64,000 nucleotides of DNA from contig CM120645.1 in assembly GCA_051362555.1 (NCBI GenBank), positions 19,034,001 to 19,098,000 on the forward strand, given 5' to 3'. Under the pieces are notes generated by a model. The model worked only from the letters and a program-made list of their open reading frames with translations, made no database searches and was not told where the DNA came from. Of the stretch, positions 23,752 to 37,000 are shown in pieces. The position numbers were made by a program, and so were the translations under genes. Source of the DNA: Lingula anatina (Eukaryota > Animalia > Brachiopoda). Numbering within the stretch: position 1 is the stretch's first letter; every line of letters starts with the position of its first letter.

Positions 23752-24419
23752 CACCCTGAGCTTCAGAGCTAACTTGACACTAACCTCTTCACTGTAGCCT
23801 ATCTTCATCGTGTCAAGTAACCTCTGACCAGATTCGATTGCCTCCGCCGCCCGCCAATCAAATTTAAAAGCCCGCACTCAATGACTCATTAAACGATCTA
23901 GCCAATGAACGCGAACGAGTCAAAGCGCGCTTTGTTCAAATCCGGACCAATCAAAGATAAGGCTGAATATTAGGGACTTGCCGTAACCTGTGGGCAGCAC
24001 GCAAATAACATCGTCTCTCAGTAGATAATGATGCAGGGCCTCAAACTGCTAGACCCTATGGTTTCAATTCCGATTTACTCATATTTTGCAAAGAATCAAG
24101 AGATAACTTAACACATTCTTTTTCGTAGTCACTCGCCTTGCTTTCTTTGTGTACGGTAATACACTCGGAACTACTCGGATGTTTCCGCACTCGACAATAA
24201 CTATGTTGTTAGTATGGAGCTTGCGGAATCAGCCGAGGATTGCCGATTGACGATCAACCAATCAGCGTTTTCACCAAACTTTGGTGAAAAATTTTGAAAC
24301 ATGGATTTGATTGGCTTATATAAACTAGGTCAAACTATTTTCGTCAGAGGTTACTTGACACGATGGAGATAGGCTACAGTGAAAAGGTTAGTGTCAAGTT
24401 AGCTCTGAAGCTCAGGGTG
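23752..24419. mobile_element. 668-bp non-autonomous DNA transposon in Pim intron 4 (~77-bp TIRs, 8-bp TSD; hAT- or P-like)
   Basis: CACCCTGAGCTTCAGAGCTAACTTGACAC... inverted at ...GTGTCAAGTTAGCTCTGAAGCTCAGGGTG; ATATTTGC duplicated at 23744-23751 and 24420-24427. Confidence 0.92.
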
Positions 24420-26383
24420 ATATTTGCCTGCAGGCCTATGGCTTTTCAGGACACAATTAAAGCACTAGTCTCATTCATGCTATGATAGATGGCAGTTAGG
24501 GAAAAAAATCAATACATCGCGAGTTCATCTTGAGGCCGCGGCATTTTTTTCCTCTGCATGCTGTATTAAAAATCTCCCCTGACATCTGGTGCATTGAATA
24601 CAAATTATTCGAGGGTAGGGGGTTGTCTAGGATATGCCATTAACTAGCTGGGTTGTATTTCAATCCACACAGTAGTAAAACTACAAATTGAAGTAGACTA
24701 GAAATTTTATTGTCCATATAAGGAAAGTTGGAATTTTTTAAAGGGGTGGGGCAAGTGCCCAGTACGCTAGGAAGAGTGCATTTTGGTTACATGCGAGCTT
24801 TTAATGTGAAAGTGATGAATCTTGTCCTGCCAGCTGTTAGTAAAGGACTATCAGGTTCAACTCCTCCACAGCTGCTGGCTGGCAGACATAATATATAGTG
24901 CTTCCCTAGCCTAAAATGGAAGGCCGCATAGCCTTAGCCAGGTATTTTGGTATGCCCCACAGAGCAGCTGCAGTATCTAGTTACATCCATTACTCGACCT
25001 GAAACCAATACATTTGAAGGATGTGGGGGTCTCAATAATTTTTCTTTTATCGAAGCTTCTTTATTGAAAGCAACTATAAGTATACACAGGTTTTTTATTT
25101 TGACTAAAAAAGAAAAAATTTTCATGGTGGTGAGGATAGTTATGTGAGTCAATTGCTGTGAGAGGATCGGCTCTAGTTGAAATGCCATTTGGTGCTCTAA
25201 TTATGAATCTCCCCTCCCACCCAGGAATGAACAGTCAGGAATTTCGCTTAGTACACCTTCACCAAAAATTCCACTCCTACAAATGTTTAGATAGCACAGG
25301 CTAGTGTTGAATAGGGCATAAAGCCCCCCTTTGTGTAACCAGAACCAGGCTAGCTATCAGTTTGGGTTGAATTTTCTAACACAAAAGGGACAAAGAGGCC
25401 ACATGGTAATTGCAGACTCAATGAGTGGACTCTGGGTTTGGCTGTTGTGATGGGCTGAGAATGTCCCGCCCTGACTTACTCTCTTTCCTGGACATGTTAG
25501 TTTGTTGATATGTGCTGTAGTCACAACTCGCAAGTCGGTGCTGCCTCTTCTTTTATCCGCTCAGTTGACTTAGGCTCTACTTAATGTCGCCCCCTTGTGT
25601 CAATAAAAAGATCTCTTGGTGTTAGGTATTTGGGGAATGTTGAAGAGGGTGAGAAGTCTGCTCTGTTGGAGATCAAGGTATTCCCGCCAAAATAAGAGGA
25701 GTACTAGTGTCTGAAGAAAAAGGGAGGGTGTAGGGTTTCACACTTGGCCCATCCAAGGGCAACGACCCAAGGAGAGTAAAGTGCATTAGAATATTTCTCA
25801 GACAGTCAGTGTGTATATATATGAAAAAAAAAAAATATTGGCATTTTCTTTGCTACCATGATAATAGTGTCATTTTGTTGACTTTAATAAATCCTGGCAA
25901 ATTTTTTTTAAGTGGAGCAACTTAAAATGACTTGCAAGCATTCGATTTAATTTCATTGGCACTTGGACTTGTAAGTAGGTTAGACGAGGTGAGCATGCAT
26001 GGAGAGCGTGCACATAAGGACGCCCACACGCAGCAGTTAAAACCCCACAACAGACTGAACTTAATATGCTGCTTTAATGGCCCTATGGTTTTTACACAGA
26101 CGGGAGCTAATAATGCAGTAAAATAGTAACAGGCAGCCTATACTATTAAGGTTGCCTATAGTCTGGGATTGATTTTTTTTCCCCCTACAAAATGATTGCA
26201 AGCTGTAGGCTAGAGCAGGTCCCATGTGATTGTCAAAGCTTGGCTGGGACTAAAAAAGAGTGGAGGCGTTAAAGCACAGTATGTGATGGATTATTAAACT
26301 GATGAAATATCAACATGCGGGCCAAGCACTGTTAGTTTAGCAATAACTTCAATATGCTACAGTATGGGATTGTATGAGACATG

Positions 26384-26426
<43 letters not shown>

Positions 26427-26795
26427 TGCTTCAAATAAAAAAGTTCAAATGTCTTAGCAGTGGTTGAAATCCATTCATTGCATGTTGTGGCATGGCCTGT
26501 TTCTTCAGTGCTATTTAAAGTTTGGATAGCATGGCTGGATTTCAAGGGGATTGTAGCTGTGCCTTATCAAATAAATCGTGGCCTAAAGGGGGAAAGTATA
26601 ACAAGATCTTGGCTTTATCGTTTCTCCAAATAGCATCAGTGGTGCCAGAAATAGAATTTTAATAAAGTTATCGTGGGACAGAAATAGCAGAAAAGTAGCA
26701 GTTGATTAAACTTTGGGAAGATAAGGAGTTGTCCGTAAGGTGGGCCAGTTCACAGGCAGTGGTGTCTGACGGTGATATTTGTTTTATCTTTTCAG

Positions 26796-26972
26796 GGACA
26801 CGCGTGTACAGCCCCCCTGAGTGGATCCGCTGCCACAGATATCATGGGCGTTCTGCGACTGTCTGGTCACTGGGTATACTGCTCTTTGACATGGTCTGCG
26901 GCGATATCCCATTCCAAGAAGACGACCAAATCGCCAAGGCCGAACTGACTTTCAAGGGTCGCTTGTCATCAG
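26796..26972 (+). CDS. PIM1: Pim kinase exon 5, 177 nt
   Basis: tttcAG|[61 protein letters not shown]|GTATGT. Confidence 0.97.
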
Positions 26973-27517
26973 GTATGTATTTGAATCTTGTCATGGCTGT
27001 TGTAGTTATTTCTTTTCTTAAGGAGGTCATTATTGGGATCTTGTTTTGTTATGTTGGGCATACCACCTTGTTAGTTGTTGTTATTGTTGGCAGGCGGTTG
27101 TTGTTGACTTGCTGCTTGGTGACCAACTTGTCAACAACCATCTGGTATTGGTTTGGATGTACTTGCTTCTAATGTTTACAAACATCAATCAGGTGCTAAG
27201 AGGGGGAAAGGGGGGGGATCACACACCTGTAAACACCTGTAACCAAGACAAGACTTAAGAGATTGTGAACCTATTTTTTGACTGATTGAAGGTTTAATAA
27301 TTGATGAACAATTCCCATTGAGATTTAGAAGTCTATTAAGCAGTGGGCAGTGTGCCAAAATCAATAAAAAGTTCAGTCGCTTTCTCTTATGGCATTATTC
27401 CAACTGCGATCTCTCTCCACGAGTATATTCTAGTAGTATTGATTTCTGTGCAGGCAGTTGGTAAAGGGGGAAGTAATAAGTAATCCACTTAACAGTTTCT
27501 TGTCTTCTTTCTTCCAG

Positions 27518-27744
27518 ATGTTAAAGATCTCATCCGTAGATGTCTGTCCATTCGTCCATGTGATCGGCCATCTCTAGAAGAAATTCTGTCCCATCCGTGG
27601 CTAGCACAATCAGAGAGTGACTCTATTGACAAACTGTCCTCATCAGTTGAATCGACAGGCTCTCTGGGTACCCCCATTCCACAGCCCATCCAGGTGGACC
27701 AGTCCTCGGACGGGTCATCTCTGTCCAGCCAGGGGAGTGTATGA
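27518..27744 (+). CDS. PIM1: Pim kinase exon 6 (last coding), 227 nt; spliced CDS 1005 nt = 334 aa
   Basis: cttccAG|AT VKDLIRRCLSIRPCDRPSLEEILSHPWL...SSQGSV TGA (27742-27744); not in the ORF track because it lacks a start codon. Confidence 0.93.
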
Positions 27745-28970
27745 CCGCTGTCAGGCCTTGCATCAGCGTGCAGAATCCTGTTTTAACAACATGTTGACAG
27801 CCGAGAGGACTTGTGCAATATATATTCCTCCTTGTGGACATATGCAATGATCAATGCAGTGTGAGAGAGAAAGAGACATGTGTTTGTATATTTATGACGT
27901 TGTCCTGAAACTCTCCCGGAGGCACAGGTAGAACCGCTCTTGCCTCCATTCCAGAGAGACCTCTGTTTTACAATGTGAACTATCCCAAGTCTCACCAGTT
28001 GTGACGACAAAGCTCTCCCATGAGATGCGCAAATGAGAACATTTTACTTGAATCCATCATAACAGAATGACATGAAAAGTACTGTTTTCACTTGCTCAAT
28101 TTGCTCACGATCTTCGGTGCTACTATAATATTAACACGCTAGCACGCGTGCGTCTTGTGTGTGTGTGTGTGTGCACAGTTGTTTGTCAACGACGTCGTCA
28201 GTAATCTGGAGACTAAAACAGCAATGTCAGTCAATGCAAACTGTACAATAGTTAATTCTTGTGTTTTACCAATTCACTGGGTTTGTTACAAGTTTTCCTG
28301 TTTCTTATGTGGAGTAAAAGAACCTATTATTGTCATCTGATACTTTCTTAATGTCACTGGAGGGAACTTTGCCCATGGAATTATTTATTTTATCAAAATT
28401 CATTCATCGTCATATTAATTGCATACCTTCCATGGACAGAGCTCTCCCAGTTTTTATTTTCATCAAGCAAAAGTGAGGGAGTTTGTTTTGTCGTTTACCT
28501 GTTGTGAGACCTTAATTTATTAAATGTGTCAAAATTTATGTTAAGATAATTTATTGATATATGTTTATTTGTCAAACCTAAAAGGGAGACGAGACAACAT
28601 TGTCAAGCACTCATTCTCCCAATTGATTGGCCAAAGTGATTTTAATGGTAAACGTCTATGTAAAATTGTAATGTGAAGGTCAGACACATGCTGTAGAAAT
28701 GCTTACTATGTTATTTATTGTCGGGACTGAGTAATTTAAGTTAGTTAAACAAGTTGCAAAGTAGTTATTGGATTTAGTGTTTTTTGTAGATAGAACTTTT
28801 TATGGAGTTGACTTGTAGTTTGACTTTCAATTAGTTCAGAGACATCTAGTCAGTGTAATGTCAACAATGTGGACTAACGTGTATATAAGAGAAGACACTA
28901 TTTTTTTAGTAAAACAGATGAAAAAATGACATCCAAAATTAAGGAAATAAAATATGTTGAAAAATAATTC
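27745..28970 (+). other. Pim 3'UTR with AU-rich elements, miRNA seed matches and poly(A) signal
   Basis: Several ATTTA/TTATTTAT between 28380 and 28740, TGTATATA (Pumilio-type) 28880-28887, AATAAA 28946-28951. Confidence 0.6.
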
Positions 28971-31900
28971 TAAACCGTGTGGACATTTTCTTTCTCTCGT
29001 GCAATTAAATGAGACCAATTTGTGATAAGAGTTGTAAAATTCTAACGAGGCAGGCAATCTTGTTTTACAATGAATCTCGTGTCAAACAAGTTACAACTGA
29101 TTGTTTTCACACCTGATTGAAATCATACGGCAGCACAGATGTACTACAGTGATTACAAAAAAAAAAAAAAAAAAGAAAAGTCGGTCATTGATGACCAAGC
29201 CCTTCCTGTCTGTCCCAAGGTGACAGTTGGTCCGCAGTCAACTAGCCGCGAGCAGCATGGAGTTCTGGGACAGCCAGCTAATTATCACAGTTTCAATGTC
29301 CTCAAGAGTCCCTGCATATCATAAACATAAAACTTTGGTGTGGGATGCTGCTGCTTCCGTAGCTTTCAGGCACAGGGCAAAGTTTTATGCATATTTAAGT
29401 TTGCTCGGGAATGTTGACAAATAAGAATGTTACTACTGGGCCGTGTGTGTGATATCGTGTCAATGAAATGTTGGCTTTTATGTGTTTAGAGACGCCACAA
29501 GTTATGTGGCTCTGAAACAGAATCACTCCCCGTTGTCGGTTCACGCATTGTTTACAACATGGAAATGGTCTGGTTTTGTGTAAGGCACAACAGAAGGGGA
29601 ATTCCAAAAATCAGTGGTGCTAGACTAAAAACGTACCACTGCTAACATGTTATATGTATGATAAGGATCAAGGTTTGTGTCATGTGGGGTATAAGCACAA
29701 GCAAATGATATCAATCAGAAATTTGAAAGAAACATATTTTGGATCACAATCTAAAAACGTAAGTTTTAATTTTTTTTAAGATTTGAAACAGCACCTTAAT
29801 GAGAGGAATCTGATGCCACATCTCTGCCTCTAATAATCTAATCTAATCTAATAACGCCTCCAATGTTTGAGTTGGGTTTGAAAACAAGAGAAAGTGGTGA
29901 AGTTTCGTGTTGAAAACATACCAGTAATGAATGCATTTAGACTGTAATGAATGACTGTCCACTTGAGATTAAGGTGGAGATGAGATCCCACCTAACTTTA
30001 ACTTAGTAATTCAAAGACTTGAATGAATGAATAATCAAAACGGGCGGACTTCATTTAGCAGTTCACGTCAACACAGAAACATGAATGTGAATGACCAGTA
30101 TTGTCTAGTAGCTGAGCAACGCCTTCCGTTACAAAAGGTCCATTATGTAAGTTTAGCCATGCAGCCAGGAAGCACAGTGTCCGCTGTTTGCAACTATTCC
30201 TACCTGCATATACTGTTGTGGATTTCTTCTGGGACAGATGAGATTTGTAATCATGAAGACCAAATTTAGACTCAGTTTAGAGTCTTTTTTATCAGAGAGG
30301 TCAAAAGTTGGTGTGTTTTATTCTCAAGATTGAGAAGTTAAAGTGTTTGCTCGTGACTTAGCAGGAATCGTGATGACGAGGTAACTTGGTTCAGTTTTCA
30401 CTGTGACGTCAGGAGGGGTTTTAATAGCTAGCACTGTCACGCCAGTCGCTAAGCAGCCAAGCCTTAACTTTGCTTAAGGGGATTATTCAATGGAGGGATT
30501 AACTAAGTCAACTCGTACTTTGGGTTTGTGTAAGTCAAAAACTAGGGTAGACTGCTTACATATCCCTTCTATAACACTTATATAACCAGATGTACTTGAA
30601 ATACTAGTCTTCACTCACACATAATTGGGATTGTGCATATATACGTGTATATATAACCAAATGAACTTGAAATAGTTTTCTTTACTCACTCGTAAATGGA
30701 ACTGCTCATTATAATAATACGAAGAAGCACATAAAATAAGAATCAAAAATATTTTTGGTTTTAATTATAGAAAATGTTTTAAAAAAGGAATAATATATTG
30801 TTTGAAGTAAGCTCTTTTCAATCCATGTACTGTATTTTCCACAGTACTGTAGAGAAAGAAAAAGTAAAATATGAAAAATTTTCATTACAGTGATGGACTT
30901 TTGCATAACAGTTACATGCACTTCTCATTTATGCCTTGAGGTTCAATGCAAGATATTCAGAAGAATATTCATGGATGAGTAGTTCATGCCTCAAATCCAT
31001 GACTGCTCATAAAATAAAAATAATTTGTTCAAACTTTGGGAAGTAAACATTTAATTACAGTCCCCCTTTCCTGCCAAACAACAACTCAACTCCACAATTC
31101 ATTTCTGCTCACATAGGCCTGACAGCCTCAGATTTTTCAGAGGTGAAAAAAGTAGAAAATATTTGTTTATTAAAACTGTACAACTCAGCTATGGGCTTAT
31201 AACCACAATGCTTGTGCCTTGTCTGGTTTCCTATTTTAAGAGACCTAATTAGGATAAACGGATATGGCCTTGAAAAGATGCGCCAGCATAGTTGTCTGAC
31301 TGTTTTTATTATTGTCACTGTTTCACATCAGAGTATACACATTCAGAAAACAAATCTGTTTGTTTCATATGCTGGATGCCATTGACAAGTTGAACATGTG
31401 ATGTCTAGTTTTTTTTTATTTTTCATATATATCACATTCATACACTCAGTAGAAACGTATTGTATTATATCAACAGATAATTTAAATTCAAAAGTCAGTC
31501 TAACCTGCATCATTTAGCCTTACTGGGTCTTCTTGAAGCAACTAGGTTTAAGAAGATGTAAGGCATCAAATACTTCCAATTTAATGTCATATAATTCATT
31601 TCAATATCACAAATAATATTTCTGCACGTTACCCAACTTTTCAATTGCCATTCAAGTGAAAGTAATGATAGAATTACAAAATAAGTACAAGTCTGGGTTC
31701 ATCAGGGACCCTTGGTCCTATTTTACAGACGGCGCACCTCCCTCCCTGCACACTGAATGAAACACAAGAGGAGTGGACACAAAAGTGGACTCATTGCCCC
31801 TGCCGAGACAGAATGACCATTTATTTCTTACTGCTCTTTATGCCCTATTGTATGTTAAAATTCCAGGTATGCATTTAGGTAGAACAAAGCAGCCACTAAG

Positions 31901-34004
31901 AGATAGGGAGGAGGTCTTGATATTGGCTTGCAAAGAGCAATTAGGCAGATATAGGCTGTGTGAGTGAAGTCATTTTCCCAAGCTAAACGCTCTGTATCAT
32001 ACAACAGAGTGAAGCGTAACTCTTAAGACATTACTCCCTTGTAAATGTTCCTCTATTGTTCTCCTTAATGCCTTGCATACCGCCATCCTCAAAATCCTTT
32101 GTCCAGTAACTTTGCACCAACTGAATTTTCCAATCCCGTCACCTCTTACACAACTTCACAATACATTACACAAAGGGGGAAATCAAACATCCACACCCTG
32201 TATTTGTCAGACTTTCAAGCTGGTTATCACAACACTGATTTGCTTTGAATTTCGGCGGGTTCTTTTGCAATGGGTGGCCCCATGCCTAACTGGACCAAGA
32301 GATATTTTCACTCGCGACAAGTGGAAAGCCTTTGATCTCTTGTGGCCTGACTTGATGTTGTGTGACACCCTGTAATTTAAAGAAAACACCCAGACACTTG
32401 ACATTGGGGCTTCTTACATGATTCTAGACTTTCGGAAGCCAGTGGTTTTTATTTTTTCCATAACAGTGATAAATGTTCTTTTCGAAGATGTGCAGACAGG
32501 TAAAAACAACAAAGGGGGGAAAAAGCAATTTGAGGATTTTATTATCTTAAACATGACTAAAAGATAAAGAAAATGAAAACAGAATTTTCATTTACCATTG
32601 CAGACATGTTAAATAACAGTAATAAAAAAGAATGTGAGGAATATTTGGGTTGAAAACAAGAGTTAAATGTTCTTTTAACATTGTAGGATTTTCATTACTT
32701 CAGCAATATAAAGAAACTAAAGAAATATTGTAAACATCATACATAAAGATCTATTTATGACAAAACACATTATTCATTTTTCTGCATCTTTATTTACTGA
32801 CAGTCTGATACATTGGATAGTATGCTTTTGTGAATAATGGCACAAATAACATGTTGAAAAATACAAATGAACAATATTCACAGATAACACCATTTTGTGT
32901 AAACTACCACATTTGTATCAAACAGTAAAGCTGAACAGCAAATTAAATTAATCTCCCCCCCCCCCCAAAAAAAAAAAATAAATAAAAAGGTGCACCTTTT
33001 CAAAACATAGGGCTTACTTCAAAGCTGCATGCAGTCTTGCTTTTATAGCTTACTAGTGACCACCTCTGTAAAATTCTGTGTGCCTATTTACACTTGGAAA
33101 TGATAGTTCTAATACAGACCTGCTGATAAATGTCAGATGCTCGTATTTTCCAATTCTACATATTTTATTACAAACTATGCACTTCACTGTATCACGGGCC
33201 TTAATTTTTATTGGACATATCTTGTCACTTGTTCTATTTAAACAGAAGCCATCTACTTTCAGGCATGAAGCAAACAAAATTTTCAGACCATTTGAAAATC
33301 CACTTTCGAAAACTACAAGTCTTTTTTTTTTATTTTTATTTATTTATTTATTTTTTTTTTGGGGGGGGGGGGGGAGGGGCTGATGATTAATTCATGTTGT
33401 TCAAAATAATAGAGTAATTCCTGTGTACATTTCTGTACTTTTCCGTATTTCCGGGAGAACTGTTACAGTAAATTGTCTGTTCAATTACTGATCTACCCTT
33501 GAAATTTATTACGCTGCAGTTTTGGCCTTGAATACAAGGTCACCTGACAACAAACAACATGATCATAATATTCTGATAAAAGTTTGTCTGTTATTCATAA
33601 TGACAAAATTTAAAACTGTTTAATTTCTACACAATAAGCTGAAAGTGTTGGGATGAAGGCTCTCCGGTACGCGTTCAGCTTATTGAGTAGAAATTGAGGT
33701 GTTTTAAATTTTATCACTATGATCATGATACGCCACCATAAAAACCAATACCTTATGAATGAAGTAATTAACTGTGGTATCACAGCATTGCTAACAAATA
33801 CCATTCTCAGGATGATTAAGATGTATTTTTTATCATGTTACCAATGATTGTGTTACCTTGATAATTGTAGAACTCAATAATCACAATATGCAAAATATAC
33901 ATGTAGATGCATAGGGTCGACAATTTCCCAGTAATATTACAGCACTGACACGGGTTATAGATAGATTTGCCAACTGGGGTGTGTGTGTGTGTATGTATGC
34001 GTGC

Positions 34005-34036
<32 letters not shown>

Positions 34037-37000
34037 GTAGGGGGTTGCAACTATTTCCAATGCCGTAATTTGTGTAATGTAATTTGCTGTATCACATATT
34101 AGTAATGAGAACATTGAGATTCTCTGCATAATTGAGATCAACCTAAAACAAATCATATCTGAAGTGCTCTAGACATAACAAGCACAACTGCATGCATAAG
34201 TTGAAGAACAAAAAAGGCTAACAGATGTTCAAAATGTTAGACAAGTTTATACAGTTAACAGTTTTGACACAAAATGCTGCATTTGAAGTAACATGTGTGT
34301 GGGTTCTAGATGCATATTTTGCACTATATTGTCGAGGTAAAAAAATAAAAAGTAAAAAAGAAGAAAAATTTTAAAATCATCAAAACTGCCAAAAGGGACG
34401 TGAAAAAGGACCTGTTCACACTGCTGGACTTCTTTGGACCTGGATCGATTAATGATGGCATCCTTGGATGTCAACAGAGACCCATATGCTGCAAAGCACC
34501 CCTACAGCTTCTCTGACTTCTATATCCAATATGCAGCAATCTGGTCCTCTGTTGATTCAAATGGGGCAGTTTGGACTCTTTCCGTTCTCAGTTGGTCTTA
34601 TCACGTGAACAGTGAACACGGCCATAAATGTAAAAACAAGCCACAAACTGCTGAGGTCGCAGCCCGTGATTACTTGCGTTGCCACATATGTTGTGGAGAA
34701 ATAATAATAATAACAGAAAAAAATGAGAGCTGCACAGCTGAGCTGTCTGGGCTGAGTTACAGATGGTCGTGTTGTCATTATTATCTGGGAATCTTCTACA
34801 TCTGTTGGATTTCGTACAAAATACAACATAGAAAAAAAAAGCAATTCATTTCTACAGCTTCAGATTGAGATTTGATGCTTTTCACATCAGAGAGGATAGC
34901 AGAGAGCTGTCTAACCAAATTAACACACTTATTGTCATAAAAATGCTATTTACTGATTTTAAATTCTATGTTAGTACTGACAGCGAAACTGACCCCCCCT
35001 CCCTCCAAGATACATACGTTCCATCCAGCAACAGATTAGTTAAGTTGTTGAAGTGAGACATATTCACAATCATAACTATGAAGAAAATAAACCAAAAGAA
35101 AATATTTTTCTTTTTCTTTTTCTCCTTTTTTGTGTCTCAGCAAAGATCTTGTTCTTTTTATTTCCCACTGCTTTATTTCATGCTTAACAATGAATGTAAA
35201 ACATTATTTATTTTCATGATGTTTAGTTTTTGGAAGCCATTACCAGAAAGCCATGGGAATTGTTCTACCTTCCTCAGCTTGACACACCTGAGGAATCTGT
35301 CCATCTTTCAGTCGTGTTCACACACAAATACAGTATAACCTAGACTCAAGACCCATCAGAATTGAACTGAAATTGCTAGAATGCCAGGATTCCTAAGAAT
35401 AAGCTCATGCCTTGTAAATATCACTATCTAGTGACATCAAATGATGCTGTGCAGTCAACTTTGTTACTAATTTAACCCAGCGAGTAAACGTAACCTGGGT
35501 GAACCTCAAATACCAGACTCATAACTTGTACTTTGGCTAACAGCAATGGATCATAACAGTTTATATTGGATAGCAGGCAAAAGAAACAGAAGCAGGAAAA
35601 AAATGGAGACTTTATATATAATTCTACAACATTCTTTATTGCTGAACTTTGCAGAACATCTGCCACCTGATTTCCAGTGGGCTGTCAGGTGCCTAATTGG
35701 TTCCCAGATCTGTAGCTGCATTTAAATATAGGGCTTGGCCCACACGCCTAGAGTGCTTTGCACTTTTTGCGAGTTGTAAAAAGATGTACGTACTTCTTTA
35801 CCACACGTACAACAGTCTCAAAAAAGCTCTCAGTTTGGACTTTTGAAACCTCCATTGTCTCAATTCTGAATAAAATTCCCACTTTGGATATTTTCACCCT
35901 CTTGGCACGGCCAGGGAGGAGAACTGGTCAGTCTCTCTGAAACATGATGAAAAAAATACCATAAATAACTTGTGCAGATATATTTTCATAAACTTTCACT
36001 ATTTTCATAATGATTGTCTGACACATTCTTGTAAGGAAAACATATTACTATCCATCAGGAGTGCACGCTGCTGATTCTAATGTCTTTTGAATGTGGAAAA
36101 TTTCTATTACAACTGTTCATAAACTTTTACATAGAAAATTTGACTGTCTGGGTGGCCCCCCCCCCACCCCTATTAAAAATGATAATATATATCTTTGAAA
36201 GTAGTGCAACATATTGTATATAAACAAATATTGTATGCTGTTATGTGAGAAATAGTTAACTTCCAACCCAGACAATTACACAAATATTGTCTGTGGATAA
36301 ATGCAGTCTGAGCAAATTATACCAATACGCACTCCCTGCGAGGTATCCCTGTCTGTTACTGCAGACTACACGAAAAGTACAACATTAGACATGATTTGCA
36401 TTACCCTGTGGAATTAGAGATATATGTAGCTAACGCATTATGCAACTTGGCTACAACTCCATGTGGATTTGACATCAACAACATGCCTGGCAATTTAATC
36501 TGTTGTTCTGCATAACAGCAATGTCATAAGTGTGAGAGAGGGGAGGAAAGGGGGGGGGGGTGATGGGGAGGGGCAAGTTTCTACAATAGACGAGGCATCG
36601 ATAAATAGAGATTTTCAAGAGGCTCCAGGTTGAGGTTGGGAGTGGGGGGTGGGGGTGGGGGTGGGGGGTCGCTTAATGCAGGCCTTCACATTTATTCATA
36701 CAGATAAAGACAAATACATACAGATACAGATAAAGAGAAATGTATGGAAGGATAGACAGAGGAAGGACTGCATAAAGTGACATGTTCTAGGTAGAACAGC
36801 CAGCATTATTCACATGTTCAGACAACTTAGATAAAAGGAAGTGTCGCAGGAAGAAATATGAATCTTGCTTATATATTATTCAATGTCATGATGGTTTTCA
36901 CCTCAAATTCACTTCCTTGAAGTATTTGTTTTGTATATTTATCAGTGACATTGAGGGGGCTGAGATAAATGTGTCGGTAGAAGCTTTGATCCCTTTTAGC

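Noticed and set aside
26702-27172. 156-aa ORF as a standalone gene
   Set aside because: It is Pim exon 5 plus intronic read-through; canonical splice sites at 26795 and 26973.
27742-27786. Stop-codon readthrough of Pim (TGA-C context, 13-codon extension PLSGLASACRILF)
   Set aside because: Only the +4 C supports it; no CUAG motif, evident hairpin or recognisable targeting signal.
29605-29645. Possible miR-29-like hairpin (TAGCACCA on minus strand)
   Set aside because: Only the seed matches; the rest of the mature sequence and a ~60-nt precursor stem are absent.
34247-34868. GC-richer patch with 75-144 aa ORFs on both strands as a possible exon
   Set aside because: No recognisable homology or convincing splice-site pair in any frame; a BLASTX would settle it.
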